Positions 50,542 to 64,000 of a stretch of 64,000 nucleotides of DNA are shown here, in pieces. A program made the position numbers and the translations under genes. The stretch's first letter is position 1. Each line of letters begins with the position of its first letter. The notes beneath the pieces were generated by a model. That model worked only from the letters and a program-made list of their open reading frames with translations, did no database searches and was not told the DNA's origin. The DNA lies in NCBI RefSeq assembly GCF_006345805.1, contig NC_042998.1:29698001-29762000 (forward strand), in the 5' to 3' direction. The DNA comes from Octopus sinensis (Eukaryota).

Positions 50542-52942
50542 AATCGTCTAGACAACAAATTATAATATGAATCGACCACGCTCTAAAGTGTCCTATATAA
50601 ACATAACATATCAGAGAATATTGAAGAAGAGTTTACAACATATTATAGCAGTTTAAACATTAACTGAGAAGTTCGTATTCAATCTACTTACTTTAGTTAA
50701 AAGCTTTTTTTTTTCTGCTTTCGGTGGCTGATGTAAGTATCTAATTTTATTTGTATACAATTAGAAATATGAGATTCAATAGTCATTAGACTTCTAGAAT
50801 ATATTTCATTAAAACTCAGTAATGACTAAAACCGTTAGAAAACAAATTCATAAATCGATCTTTTGCCAATAATGAAACTTCTAAGCTGGCAGAAAAAATA
50901 TAACTAATCTTCTTAAGGTTATTGTAGGTCACGTTATGTATGTGTGTATCTCTTATATATCATTGCTGAAAGCGGTTCTTCTAATAGGCAAAAATATACG
51001 TGTGTAAGGCGGCAAGCTGCGAGAATAGTTAACGCGCCATATGAAATGCTTAGCAGTATTTCGGCCATCTTTACGTTCCGTGTTTAAATGTCACCGGTGT
51101 TGACGTTGCCTTTCATCATTTCGGGGTTGACTTTCACCATTTCGGTTAATCGACTAGCCCTTCTCTCAAATTTCAGGCCTTTGTGCTTATAGTAGAAGTG
51201 AATTGTGTGTGTGTGTGTGAGGGAGAAAGAGAGAGAAAGTGAGAGAGAGAGAGAAGATTATGTGTGTGTGTGTGTAGTGTTTGTGTGTAATATCTAGCGA
51301 TATTCATCTCCCTGTTTCTAATTATGTCAGGTTCATTCAATTTACGCTCGAATGACATATATCTAGATGCGCAGAAAACGGGAAAATATCGAAAGTTATT
51401 GGGGATTTTCGACGCCGTCACAACGGGACGTGATAGTTGAGTAAACGCAGTCGTGACAACGAAAAGATGACGTTAAGTCGTAGTCGAGGTTGCAATCTCC
51501 TTTACAAATATGAATTCTCAACATTCTAAGGAGAGAAAATATAGTGTTAGCATCTAGGAATAATGGTTCTTGTATAAAATAAGGAGTAGAGCAGATTAGC
51601 TGATGTGTGCTCCCCGGTATTTCCTGCATAGAAACACACACACACACACACACACACAGAGGAATGTGTGCGTAAAAATTTTTAAATTTAAGAAAACTTT
51701 CCCGATACCTTCACAACATTTGCAAAATGCTTATTGAATTAATAATGACCCAATATTAATCTATGATTGTTATTTTTTGTTTTTGTGCCTTATTATGTAA
51801 CACACTCACAGGTAAAATTTAATTTTTAAAAAAATTTTATTGTTGCGAGACGCAACGAAAATTTTAGGACAATAAAAATAAGAAAAAAAAGTGGAAATTT
51901 TACCTATAATTGTTAATTATACGGAAATAAAAAACATCTATAACGAGGTTATTGAACAGTGTTTCCTGTGAGCGCTTTCGCAGGAAACGGTGTTTCCTAG
52001 GACTAAATAACAGTAGCATTCTTCCCTTTCATGGGACTGTCTCATTAAGTTGACAACACACTACTACTTTAAAGAGAGAATAGTTTTCAGCTCTCTAATT
52101 AATCGTATGTGAATACTTATGTATGTGTGACCATATATCTTTGTTAAAAACACTAACGTTTTTCAGAATTGTATTTTTAAGTGTTAAATTATAAACAAAT
52201 ATTAAGGACCTAAAAATAGATCTACAAATATATTTCATTTCACATTAAATCACTGAACAATGTTTTCAATTATAAAGCAGGAAAGTTGTTGTGTTTCTGT
52301 TGATGTAGGGAATACCCTGTAAATATATATTTAATTATTTCCATGAAATTAATACTTTCATATAAAACGAAATCACTCATGTGTAAACATTTAATGTTCA
52401 AAAATAGGTTTTAAACGAGATTTTATGAAAAGAAGTCAGAATTGGTCTTGAGTACACAACAGAAATGAAAATCTAAGCATTAATATAATTGACCAGTTCT
52501 CTCAATCAATTTTCAATTAGCTGTGTCTGGTTTATGTGAATATCTTCTATTCTTAATTATCAGGAAGCAATTTACTTACATACTATACGTCGCATTAGCT
52601 TTCTACAACATTCACTACAAATCATATTAAAGGCCTGCGCCTTTCAGCCTGAAAGTTTGTTTATATGCATTTAATTAATATTTCATTGTGGCATTCAAAA
52701 TCATTAATCGTCTGGTCATAGCTGTGCGCGCCTGAAAACTTTCCAACAACTATAGAGATTTAGGTAGGTTTTCTTTGCATATCACGGGACGAAATGTATG
52801 TCGAATATTACAGATAAAAATCAATGATAAGAGAGAATTTCGTTTACCATGTACAAATATCCCTTTCGTTGAAGTAATCTCTTAAATTAACAACGGATTA
52901 TAGTAAATCTATATATAAATTAACATACGTATATACAAACAT

Positions 52943-52980
<38 letters not shown>

Positions 52981-53015
52981 AGTGTGTGTGTGTGTGTGTG
53001 TGAGTGTGTGTGTAT

Positions 53016-53058
<43 letters not shown>

Positions 53059-53079
53059 CTACAAGGCATCGGAGCATTA

Positions 53080-53750
53080 GTGGACAGCTTTGCAAATGTC
53101 GCCAAATCTATTGGCTAAACAATCGGCTTGAGAAAGACAGGATCTTGCACTATCCAGCACGTGGACAGCGCAATCAGGATCTTATTACAATGGTAGATGA
53201 TATCTTAATACACGTATTTCCAAAATTCTGCTCCGAGGGAAGCATCTTGTCAAACAATGCCCAGCCTGATGAAGATATATATTTCTTTACTATCCACAAG
53301 GGGCTAAACATAGAGGGGACAAACAAGGACAGACAAACGGATTAAGTCGATTACATCGACCCCAGTGCGAAACTGGTACTGTATTTATCGACCCCGAAAG
53401 GATGAAAGGCAAAGTCTGCCATGGCGGAATTTGAACTCAGAACGTAACGTCAGACGAAATACCGCTAAGCATTTCGCCCGGCGCGCTAACGTTTCTGCCA
53501 GCTCGAAGATATATCCCAGCGATTGTCTCTGAGGTAAGCAAAAACTGTAAGGAGATCATAGCATCTACCAACAGTTGTGCTTACCTCACTCCTATATAGC
53601 TGTGAAACATGGACATTCTACAAGCACCATATCAAATAATTAAACACATTCCACATTCGTTGTCTTCAATTTCTAACATCAAGTTAGAGAACGAAGTCCC
53701 CAACGCAGATCGTCATGCAAGATGCGATATGCTAGGCATAAGAATCTTCC
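53080..53750 (+). pseudogene. RTE-clade LINE RT fragment interrupted by SINE family A (53281-53504, minus)
   Basis: GSILSNNAQPDED|ISQRLS...VVLTSLLYSCETWTFY...FHIRCLQ; SINE TSD GAAGATATAT (53271-53280, 53505-53514). Confidence 0.85.
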
Positions 53751-53751
53751 T

Positions 53752-53918
53752 TTGGCTGTGTGGTAAGTAGCTTGCTTACCAACCACATGATTACGGGTTC
53801 AGTCCCACTGCGTGGTACTTTGGTAGTGTCTTCTACTACAGCCTCGGGTCGGCCAAAGCCTTGTGAGTGAATTTGGTAGATGGAAACTGAAAAAAGCCCG
53901 TCTTATATATATATATAT

Positions 53919-53955
<37 letters not shown>

Positions 53956-54157
53956 TTGTGTGCCTGCGTTTGTCTCCCCAACATCGCTTGACAACCGATG
54001 CTGGTGTGTTTACGTCTCCGTAATTTAGTAGTTCGGTAAAAGACACCGATAGAATAAGTACTAGGTTTATAAAGAATAAGTCCTGGTGTCGATTTGCTCG
54101 ACTAAAGGCGATGCTCCAGCATGGCCGCAGTCAAATGAAAGAAACAAGTAAAAGAGA
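53752..54157 (+). mobile_element. SINE family B
   Basis: Matches family B consensus. Confidence 0.9.
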
Positions 54158-54523
54158 ATCAAAGCAGAACCGAGATTGTTTGTCTTTGTTTTGTAGTACG
54201 CATGAAAAACATTCTCTTACCTAAAGCCCTATTTTAAGATCAGCTTGGCTTTATTGACAGGCACCAAGGCCACTCTTCTCTTCCGTTATAAGGACATTGA
54301 AGACGTACATTAATATCTGAAAAGAGATTCATAGCACTGAGTGGAGCTCAGTTGAGAAGCTCGTACTACAAAGACATCTACTTTGAAGCAGCCTGGCTCA
54401 ACACCTTCAGAGAGAAAAGTTTCCAGCATAAAGCCAAGTCCATTTTCCCCATCAGTGCAACATCTACAGCAGAATATGCAATTACTGGAAAAGTAATATA
54501 TATATATATATATATATATATAT

Positions 54524-54700
54524 GGGGGGTGGCGATCCCTGCTGTACTCTTTCGCCACAATTTTCTCTCACTCTTTCTTCTGTTGGCCCGCTCGCTTAGC
54601 CAGCGGGGTGGCGTCATTTGAAGGCTAAAACAATGCGAAGCGTATTGTGACCAGCGATGTGTAGCACCATCTGATAGTCTGGTAGGTCACGGTGATATAC
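54524..54700 (+). mobile_element. SINE family C tail type 3, headless
   Basis: Matches the 40583-40770 tail in reverse. Confidence 0.85.
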
Positions 54701-55524
54701 TAGTCACAATGAGGATATTTAAACCTCTTACAGGGATATTTATATCCAAAATTCACTGGTTTTATATATATAATATTTTGAAGAGACATTTCTTCAATGA
54801 ATATATTATATGGAATATCGTAAAATATCAAAATACTATAATTGAGTTATAAAACAGAGAGATCTAATGGCTACAGATTAATTTATTAATTGATTAACAC
54901 AATCACATTGAAATGAAACAACTAGGTGAATATGTTAATTAATTAATTGATTGATTAGTTAATTAATTTATATCAATTGAATCTCTCTGCTAATTCGATA
55001 ATATATATCTGTCATAAGTTTATTAGTTTCACATAAATATATATCTATGGTAAGTTTATTATTTTCGCAGTAAAATCTTCGTAGTTTTGAAGCCCTTTGG
55101 TACGGAGTTTAAATCTTTTATTAATTTTATTTGCTGTCGAAGGTAACTGCGCTTGTGCGGTGGATTTGAAAAATTATAATGAATAAGTATGTAGCACGTG
55201 TATCTTCCGTGCTGCATAAATAAGCACTAATCTTCGAACCCTTTCTGAAGAGGCATGGATGGCAAATTAATTTATTTGCACATTAATGCAGATATTCGAA
55301 TCTGGGAGTAACTACAGTAACATTTTTATTTTTCATTCACTGTGAAATTACTCTTATTCGTGGTTTGGGCTTTTACTACCCTTTCTAGCATGTAAAGTGT
55401 CCTGAACCCTCTTTTGTGTATAAATACGCACACTATTTTATATGAAAAATATATTGTCTATTGACTTTATTACTGCATGCTGGCCACCAGTAGAAAATTT
55501 CTCTAAATTTTCTGCCCTTATTAT

Positions 55525-55882
55525 TCTTTTACTCTTTTACTTGTTTCAATCATTTGACTGTGGCCATGCTGGAGCACCGCCTTTAGTCGAGCAAATCGAC
55601 CCCAGGACTTATTCTTTGTAAGCCGTGTACTTATTCTATCGCTTTCTTTTGCCGAACCGCTATGTTACGGGGACGTTAACACACCAGCATCGGTTGTCAA
55701 GTGATGTTGGGAGGACAAACAGAGACACACAAACATATACACACACATACATATACATATATACGACGGGATTCTTTCAGTTTCCGTTTACCAAATCCAC
55801 TCAGAAGGGACTGGTCTGCCGGAGGCTATAATAGAAGACACTTGCACAAGGTGCCCGGCTACTTACCACACAGCCACCCCTA
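55525..55882 (-). mobile_element. SINE family B
   Basis: Matches family B consensus; head partly deleted. Confidence 0.88.
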
Positions 55883-56934
55883 CGCCACTATATTTATATA
55901 TATTTTTCATGTATAAACGTATATGTAGACCTGACTGGCGCGGTGTTAGAATAACGAATGTTCCATTTGATCCCATCTTATACGTATATACATAAATACA
56001 TATATGAACATATATATATATATACACACACACACATACCCACACACAAATTCACATACATACTTAAATACGTTTGTATACTTAAATTCAAATTATAAGC
56101 AGCTCTGTAATGTAAACATTATTTTTACTTCATACTTCATGCGCTTTTCGTCCGTGCAAAAGATATATGCTGCTAAAAAGCACAATATACCTCAAAGCTA
56201 CACGAAAAAAAATACCCCAGAAATGGCCACGAGAGCGACATTTAACGTATTTCGGTGAAGTTATGGCTTTTTATTGCTACATATTCGTTGCACATCCGAA
56301 ACGAAATCGCTAGTATAAAATATATACAGCCAGTCTACATTCAGACACACGTATATTACACATATATACAAGTACATATTTTGATACAAGTACATGTTGA
56401 GATACACACATACATGTCCTAATTTTTATATGAGTACCATTGTATAAAATTATGACAGAAGCAACAATACTAATACAAATTCCAGAACACTTTAGTTTTA
56501 CAGGTGAAACGTACATTATTTTAGCCAATTAGAAATAATAGCCCGTACATTATTGACAGCACCTAATTCCGCTGATCTTACTCTGAAAGAAAATATAGAT
56601 TTATATTTCTAAGGAGCATTTTCTCATTCGCGCTGAAAAACAGGAAATTACTTCGTAGCTTATGGAGAACTTATCTGTATATACTTGCTTTGATATTAAT
56701 CTTGTAAATTAAGATCTGTTCATTGTATGCTGAATTCCGATCTACCGCAAATTTGTATTCGCAAGAAACGTGCTGTGTTATTTTTGTGTTATTCAATGAA
56801 AAAGCTTAGGAGATGTGTGTATTTTTTGTTGGTATTTACGAGATAAGAACGACATTTTTATACATAATTTTATCTTGTTAAGTTAAACAAAGTCTTGAAT
56901 ATGCTACAACCTATAAATAATGATAATAATAATT

Positions 56935-57350
56935 TCTTCTTATGGGTACAAGGCCTGAAATTGTGTGCAGCGGCCTAGTCAATTACAACGAACCAGTTCT
57001 CTGCTGGTAGTTATTTTTTCAAACCTAAAATGATGAAGGGCAAAGTCGACCTTGGCGGAATTTGAACTCAGAACGTAAAGACACAAAATTCCACTATCTT
57101 ATCCGGTGTGGTAACTATTTTGCTGGGTCCCTGCCTTAATAATAGCAATAATATTTTCTTCTATAGGCACAAGCCTGAGATTTTGGGGGGATACTAGTCG
57201 ATCACATCGACCCCAGTGTTCATATATTACTTATTTTATTGACCTTAAAATAGGACGAAATGTAAAAACCTCAAGATAATTTGAATTCAAAACATAATGA
57301 CGAACGAAATGTCGCTAAGCATTTTGTCCGGCGTGCTAACAATTCGGCCA
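56935..57350 (-). mobile_element. Two adjacent diverged SINE family A tail-2 copies
   Basis: GGCAAAGTCGACCTTGGCGGAATTTGAACTCAG and TAGGCACAAG(G)CCTG tail motifs. Confidence 0.75.
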
Positions 57351-57400
57351 AAAGAAGAAAATCAACAGAGGAAGCAGTGATAAATGTATATGAAATAATA

Positions 57401-57740
57401 CAGTTCTGCATTTAAGAGATGAGGAATAATGTATATTATTTAAATTTGATGGATATTTGTCCTCATCTTGTTTGTTGTTAACAAAACGTTTCGGCTGATA
57501 TACCCTCAGCTTTCATCAGTTGTCTTGAGAAATTTCGAACCTGGGTTCTCATTCCTAAGGTATTTTTCGATGTTATTATTATTATAATTATTCAGGTCAC
57601 TGTCTGGAATCGAACTCGGAATCTTGAGGTCAGTAGCCCGTGCTCTTAACCACTACGCCATATGCCCATGGGTATATCAGCCAAAACGTTGTGTTAACAA
57701 CAAACAAAATGAGGACAAATACCCGTCAACTGTAAATAAT
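57401..57740 (-). mobile_element. SINE family E (tRNA head plus hammerhead tail) with an inverted partial copy at its 5' end
   Basis: Minus copy 57401-57668 has an intact head GGGCATATGGCGTAGTGGTTAAGAGC...GAGTTCGATTCC. Plus-strand partial tail 57670-57740 begins inside hammerhead loop II. Confidence 0.9.
57481..57523 (-). ncRNA. Minimal type I hammerhead motif with covarying stem I
   Basis: ACAA-CUGAUGA-A-AGCUG..CAGCC-GAAA-CG-UU-UUGU; the first stem I pair is A-U here versus C-G at 35930. The stem II closing pair is mutated (A.C). Confidence 0.72.
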
Positions 57741-57885
57741 ATATATTTAATAATTTCTTCTTTTGGTTCTTGGCAAACGCGATCGTTTGGCAGGGAGAAA
57801 AAAGGTAATCGATACTTTGCTAAGTCGCGAGTCAAAACCATTACGATAAACGTCGCCTGTACATTTTCGTTCTCTATAAATGGTG

Positions 57886-58213
57886 AAGGCGCATGGCTCA
57901 GTGGTTAGAGCGGCAGGATCACACTCATGAGATTATGGATTCGATTCCCGGATCGGGCTGTGAGTTGTGTTCTTGAGCAAGACACTATTTCACGTTGCTC
58001 CAGTTCACTCAGTTGTAGGAATGAGTTGTGATGTCACTGGTGCCAAGCTGTATCAGCCCCTTTGCTTTTCCTTTGGATAACATCGGTAGCGTGGAGAGGG
58101 AAGAATGGTATGCATGAGCGACTGCTGGGCTTCCATAAACAACCCTGCTCGGACTTGTGTGCCTCGGAGGGTAACTTTCTAGGTCATTCATGACAGAAGG
58201 AGGTCTTTACCCT
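57886..58213 (+). mobile_element. SINE family D, full length
   Basis: Matches the 34962 copy. Confidence 0.9.
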
Positions 58214-58304
58214 TACTCTCTATAAATGATATATTAAAGCTGTCTAAATCAAGCAAAGCTTCAGCCTTTTACTTGGACTCGTGTGAAGTTGAAAATAAAT
58301 TATA

Positions 58305-58470
58305 GGCGTAGGAGTGGCTTTGTGGTAAGTAGCTTGCTTATGAACCACATGGTTCCGGGTTCAGTCCCACTGCGTGGCAACTTTGGCAAGTGTTTCTGCT
58401 ATAGCCTCGGGCCGACCAAAGCCTTGTGAGTGGATTTGGTAGACGGAAACTTAAAAAGAAGCCCTTCGTG

Positions 58471-58501
<31 letters not shown>

Positions 58502-58710
58502 GTGTGTGTGTGTATGTCTGTGTTTGTCCCCCCAACATCGCTTGACAACCGATGCTGGTGTGTTTACGTCCCCGTAACTTAGCGGTTCGGCCAAGGGGAC
58601 CGATAGAATAAGTACTAGGCTTACAAAGAATAAGTCCTGGGGTTGATTTGCTAGACTACAGGTGGTTCTCCAGCATGGCCAGTCTGAAACAAGTAAGAGA
58701 GTAAAAGAGA
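58305..58710 (+). mobile_element. SINE family B, full length
   Basis: Matches family B consensus. Confidence 0.93.
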
Positions 58711-59712
58711 GAGATTTCTTTTGTCAAATTGCAGTCCATTGTATGAAGAATGTAGCTAAAGTCAATTCAATCGAACATATTTTGCTTGTGAATCTATACA
58801 ATGCTTCCGCCAAATAGTTTTCAAGTAACTTAAAGATTAAACTCACTAAACAATGCTTATTTCCTTTTTAGCTTTAATTTATATTTCGTTTCATTTTCTC
58901 GCCGTTGTTCAGAAAACTGTAAACCGCCCTCCCACTTCTCTTTTCTGATTGTTTAGTTTCCATTGATCAAAACGAACTGTGTGATGAACAAAACTATATG
59001 AGCACAAATTTATCGGGTTTTTTTTTTTTTACGGAAGCTCTCCTTGGAAGTTCTTGCAATCTCATTCTGTATAAAATAGTCACTGATGTCTTTCTGTCAT
59101 AAAACAAACGAACGAAATATTTAAATTTATTGCATTAGCAAGGCCAGAAAGGAAATGAGAATTACGAAGTCTTCAAATTATTCACAACACTATCATCACA
59201 GCTACCGGTCTCTTATTCACACATTGTTTTATTCATGTTTGAAAAAAAGTAAAGTTGTTTTCAGTTGAATGTGGGTTTAAAAGAATGAACAGACACCAGT
59301 ACCATTTATCATTTCATTGCCGCTGCCTCGCGTAGGAGAATGATGTGGCTAAGAAAACAAACAAATAAAAAATCAATCCAGTGTCTGATTTTTTATATTG
59401 TTCATATAGGACTAACAAAGAGGGGACAATACAATACCATACATTTGGGGACGCAGAACAAATGAAACGAAAACATCAATCCAGTGTCTGAGAAAAATAC
59501 GCTGAATATGAATAATGATTTTGGGCTTAGCCGGTTGAATCTTAAAAAGTCTCATTGTCAATATAGGTCTCGATTTAAATGTATTTTTACAAAAAGAAAA
59601 AAAGTCAAAGAAAAACAGAATGAAAGAGACAATAACCAAGAATGTAATTTGCAAACGGACTGGTCAAGTAGGAATTTTTCAAATGTTTTGTATGTGTGAA
59701 ATAAACTGCATA

Positions 59713-60136
59713 TACCTATTTCTTTAGTACCCACAAGGGGCTAAACACAGAGGGGACAAACAAGGATAGACATAGGTATTAAGTTGATTACATCGATCCC
59801 AGTGCGTAACTGGTACTTAATTTATCGACCCCGAAAGGATGAAAGGCAAAGTCGACCTCGGCGGAATATGAACTCACAACGTAACGGCAGACGAAATACC
59901 TATTTCTATTTCTTTATTACCCACAAGGGGCTAAACACAGAGCGGGCAAACAAGGACAGACATAGGTATTAAGTCGATTACATCGACCCCAGTGCGTAAC
60001 TGGTACTTAATTTATCGACCCCGAAAGGATGAAAGGGAAAGTCGACCTCGGCGGAATTTGAACTCACAACGTAACGGCAGACGAAATACCGCTAAGCATT
60101 TCGCCCGGCGTGCTGACGTTTCTGCCAGCTCGCCGC
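59713..60136 (-). mobile_element. SINE family A dimer (tail-1 plus tail-1)
   Basis: Junction AAAGAAATAGAAATA|GGTATTTCGTCTG; low divergence between units. Confidence 0.93.
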
Positions 60137-61115
60137 TAGTATACCTGCTGCTGTTTTAACAGATTTCAGAAAAATGAAATTAATGTTGCCAGTGAAAGAA
60201 TTTATACATTAGATATTATATTTCAAATGAGACGAAACCGATAGCTCATTCAAATAACGTTTTATGCACATTTTAAAACGTTTAACAATATGACTTTAAT
60301 AAAGCCAAGAAACATCTAAATTTCGAGAACTTCAGAATCTGTTAAGAACAAACTTTAAGCAATCAAGACCGATAGTAACCCTACAAATACCATAGTTGTC
60401 ATTTGCAACATTTTTGCGAGAAAGATTTTCTTTAAACTATAAAACAATATTTTGCTTTCTTTTTTAAATTTCAGTTGTTAGCCATATATTTACTAGAATT
60501 ACATTAAGAAACGTCTGGCAATAACCCCCCACACATCACCACAAGTTTATCGATATCCATTCAGTTAAAGCAATTTAACAGTTGGATTGGTTCACGGGCT
60601 CGATTCTATCAGTCCCATGGGGGAATTTAGTCAATATCAATTTGATCACAGGAAATCAGATATCTACATTAAAAATAAATTTTTTTAAAAAATTTCTTAA
60701 GCTCAAAAATCATTATTATTTATTCGGGAAAGGGAGCTTAAGTCAAAAATATGAACCCAGTTCCTGAAAAATAATTCATTTATTGAACATGGAATCTGCG
60801 AAAGACTATGTTGCTCTCAGCGGGATTTGAAATTAAAACGCAAAGAGCGCGCAAAATAAAACGAATGTTGAGCTTATTTTCAACGGTTCTGCAAATCCAT
60901 CATCGTACGTTTAATAATGATTTCAAATGTTTGTATAAGGTCAGTAATTTTGAGGGGAATGAGTCTATTGACTGCAGTACCTGATTGGTACTGTTATCGA
61001 ACCAGAAAATGGTGAAAAGCAACGATAACTTCGGTGAGATCTGAACTCAAAACGTAGAGCCGAAAGAAATACCGTAACTTTTTAAATCATGAACGACTCA
61101 AAGCTTACTAATTAA

Positions 61116-61320
61116 GGCGGCGAACAGGCAGAAACTTTAGCACGTCGGGCGAAGTGCTTAGCGGTTTTTCTTCTGTCTTTACGTTCTGAGTTCAAATTTT
61201 GCCGAGGTCGACTTTACCTTTCATTTCGGGGTCGATAAATTAAGTACCAGTTACATACGATCTAATCGACTGGCCCTCATCCCCAAAAGTTTCAGGTCTA
61301 GTGCCTAGAGTAGAATAGAA
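61116..61320 (+). mobile_element. SINE family A, tail-2
   Basis: Head, B-box, central domain, GTGCCTAGAGTAGAA tail. Confidence 0.88.
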
Positions 61321-61796
61321 AGCTTGCCAGTTTTAACAATCTTAATAATAAAGGGATTTTATAATACTCATTTCTAGTGGAGGCACAAGGCCTCAAATTT
61401 GTGGGGAGGGGACTAGTCGATTACATCAACCCCAGTATTTGACTAGTTCTTAATTTATCGACTCCGAAAGAATCTACTCCATACCTGCTGAGTAGAATCC
61501 AAATTTATACATTTCTCGGATTTGTAAAATGCATGCATCCAGCTTTTGATTACATTACGCACATTTTACCGTTAAAAGAATGAATATAGAAAGCTACACA
61601 CTTATGATTTATAGGACCTTGTTCAAACCGAGGATGGGTAATTCTGGCAAAAATGAAAACTATATGAAGAAATAAAACAATGTATGAAACTAGTCAGGAA
61701 AATTGTACGGTCTGCCGGCCATCAGCAGATTAAACATTTACAAGCTTAAATAGTATATTGTGTATCAGACTATACGCATGTGACGCAGAAACAGTA

Positions 61797-62160
61797 GTGG
61801 AGGTGCAATGGCCCAGTGGTTAGGGCAGTGGACTCGCGGTCGGAGGATTGCAGTTTCGATTCCCAGACTGGGCGTTGTGTGTGTTTATTGAGCGAAAAGA
61901 CCTAAACCTCCACGAGGTTCTGGCAGGGGGTGGTGGTGACCCCTGTTGTACTCTTTCGCTCCAACTTTCTCTTCCTGTTTCTTGTCCCCGACTTGCTACG
62001 CAACCGCTGAGTCTGGATGTGCATTCATCCATCTGTCGATGCTCTGTGTCGGGGTGTTGACCTGCTTTCACTTCTGCGGGTCTTACGAATAGCAAAGGAC
62101 CACGTTTCGGACTTCTACCACTGGGACGAAGACCGCTTCGCTCAACAGCAACAGTAGAAA
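61797..62160 (+). mobile_element. SINE family C (tail type 2)
   Basis: Matches the 31420 copy. Confidence 0.92.
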
Positions 62161-62689
62161 CAGCGTTATTGTAAACTTTATTTCCCCAAATTCCTTGTGT
62201 CCTGTTTAATTGCATCGGTCAGCAGAATCATAACTTCGAGTTAACTAGTTTGCATGTTAAATTTGATAGCTGAAACTCATTTGTATATTGTAACTGGTTG
62301 TGTGTAAAATCCAGCCAGAAAGGACCCTATTCAGGAGGGGATTGGTGATTCTACTCCTACGTCCATTCCGGTAATAATGGTAGGAAAGGATGTTTTTATT
62401 TTTGTTACTGTTGTCATTGTTGGGTAACCACACAGGAGCACAATCTAAATGGTTGTAGTTAACTATATCAATTCTGGTAGCTTAAATTTGGTATTGGAAA
62501 ACAAGAGAAAATTGCAATATGTCCGTAGTACCGAAGTTGATTCCCAAACATGACCAACTGAGAGGACATTATCCAACCATTTTGGCTTACGCCTGCTGGT
62601 TGATTCGGGTCGAAGAATCCATCACGTGATTCTTTCCTGCTAGGTTTTAATATGTCCGTAGTACCGAAGTTGAAACCTATTTTAGAGAA

Positions 62690-63000
62690 ATGGAAGCTTC
62701 CAGGTTTCCGAGCCAGGCACCCTGTCGAGTAACACGACTCCAGAGATCCTTCAGAGAAATCCCATTTCGGTCGCTAGTATTCGTGGTCCTAATTTCTCTG
62801 TCATTGTCCAACATTTATGATCATAGGATAGGTACGAAAACCGAAATGAAGATAGCGATTTCTTTCTTCCATGCCCCCTCCGTTTCCAAGGATCGAACTA
62901 CTGCGTCAGATCTTGCAATTCTAGCATTCACTTCAAACTTTTGTCTTATCGCTCGTGAATAGGCCCTCAAGATACTTGAACTCTTCCTATCACTTGTCTC
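62690..63000 (-). pseudogene. RTE-clade LINE RT fragment
   Basis: EEFKYL.GLFTSD / QKFEVNARIAR...AIFISVFVPIL*YHKCWTMTEK...EMGFLRRISGV.LLDRVPG across frames. Confidence 0.82.
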
Positions 63001-63037
63001 TGATATTCCAAACATGCCAAGCACAGAAACTTTGAGA

Positions 63038-63500
63038 AGGCCAATAAAAAATACATAGGTGAATTGACACGTAGTTTTTATAAATATACAATGTAAAAAT
63101 GTATTTCCTCGATTATATGAAAGGTAGAAAAATATAGAAATTCAAATCATATTTTAAGAAAAGGAAAACAAGAGAAAATTTACAAGGTGATTACCTTAAA
63201 AAAAAAAAGTCATTACTATTTTAGCAATCTCCAAAGTGGCATTAATGAGAAATTTGATCCATATCATGCAAGTTTATACTTAAACAATATCAATATGTAA
63301 TGCGCCATGTATTACAATTTATGAAGGCCAATAAAAAAGACATAGGAGGTGAATTGACACGTCGTTTTTATAAATATACAATGTAAAAATGCATTTCCTC
63401 GATTATATGAAAGATAGAAAAATACAGAAATTCAAATCATATTTTAGGAAAAGGAAAACAAGAGAAAATTTACAAGGGGATTACCTTAAAAAAAAAAAAA
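63038..63500 (+). repeat. ~170-bp AT-rich direct repeat (63038-63209, 63324-63500)
   Basis: Near-identical AGGCCAATAAAAAA..ATTACCTTAAAAAAAA blocks. Confidence 0.9.
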
Positions 63501-63878
63501 TCGAAACTGCTTTTTGTAAAACTCATGTAAACGAAATGAATTAGAAGTTCTTACTGCTTTTACGAGGGCGTATGTTTCTCAGCAGGGATTCAAGTGTGCC
63601 GTATACTAGAATATAAGCTAATGACTGGTTACACACATTCTTTTCATCACCAACTGAGATTTAAATGTTTAAAGAAAAATCAGGGAGGGAAAGAGTAGAT
63701 TCAATGGAGCCATTTGTTACAAACTGCGATGTTATTAGATTCTAATTTTCGCAGTTGTTATTGTTGGTAAATGAATGGCGTTGTCATGGAGTTCGCATTT
63801 TAATACGAACAGTAAGAAAAAGCAGTGTCTTTAAAATGTCAATTGCTACAATCGGCAAATGATATTCAACTTGCGTAA

Positions 63879-64000
63879 GGCGGCGAGCTGGCAGAAACGT
63901 TAGCACGCCGGGCGAAATGCTTAACAGTATTTCGTCTGCCTCTACGTTCTGAGTTCAAATTCCGCCGAGGTCGACATTGCCTTTCATCCTTTCGGGGGGG
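63879..64000 (+). mobile_element. SINE family A, truncated by the window end
   Basis: Canonical head and start of the central domain. Confidence 0.93.

Noticed and set aside
53266-53280. CTGATGAAG hammerhead-like core
   Set aside because: It lies in RTE coding sequence (QPDED) with no stem II, GAAA or stem I.

Overview
AT-rich, repeat-dense eukaryotic DNA. The SINE, Penelope-like and microsatellite repertoire points to an octopus (coleoid cephalopod) genome; this is an inference. The only supportable host gene is one minus-strand coding exon (about 1786..770) of a C2H2 zinc-finger protein, which splices out of the window at a GTTAGT donor inside the HTG|E linker. The other ~62 kb is intronic or intergenic. 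It holds dozens of tRNA-derived SINEs in at least five families, a decayed mariner, L1/Tx1, RTE and Penelope-like (GIY-YIG) fossils, an ORF1-only CCHC element, Helitron/HINE-type non-autonomous elements, MITE-like palindromes and long microsatellites. Highlights: (1) a tRNA-headed SINE whose tail carries a minimal Penelope-type hammerhead ribozyme with a covarying stem I, found twice in head-to-head inverted arrangements; (2) a 364-nt retrozyme-like unit with a U3-A8 hammerhead, arranged as inverted plus tandem copies; (3) a 504-bp tandem dimer carrying a U4C hammerhead motif; (4) a heavily decayed sequence with phlebovirus-Gc-like (class II fusion protein) cysteine motifs at ~29.7-30.4 kb. 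All structures and alignments were read by eye. No database search or folding computation was run, and reference protein motifs are quoted from memory.
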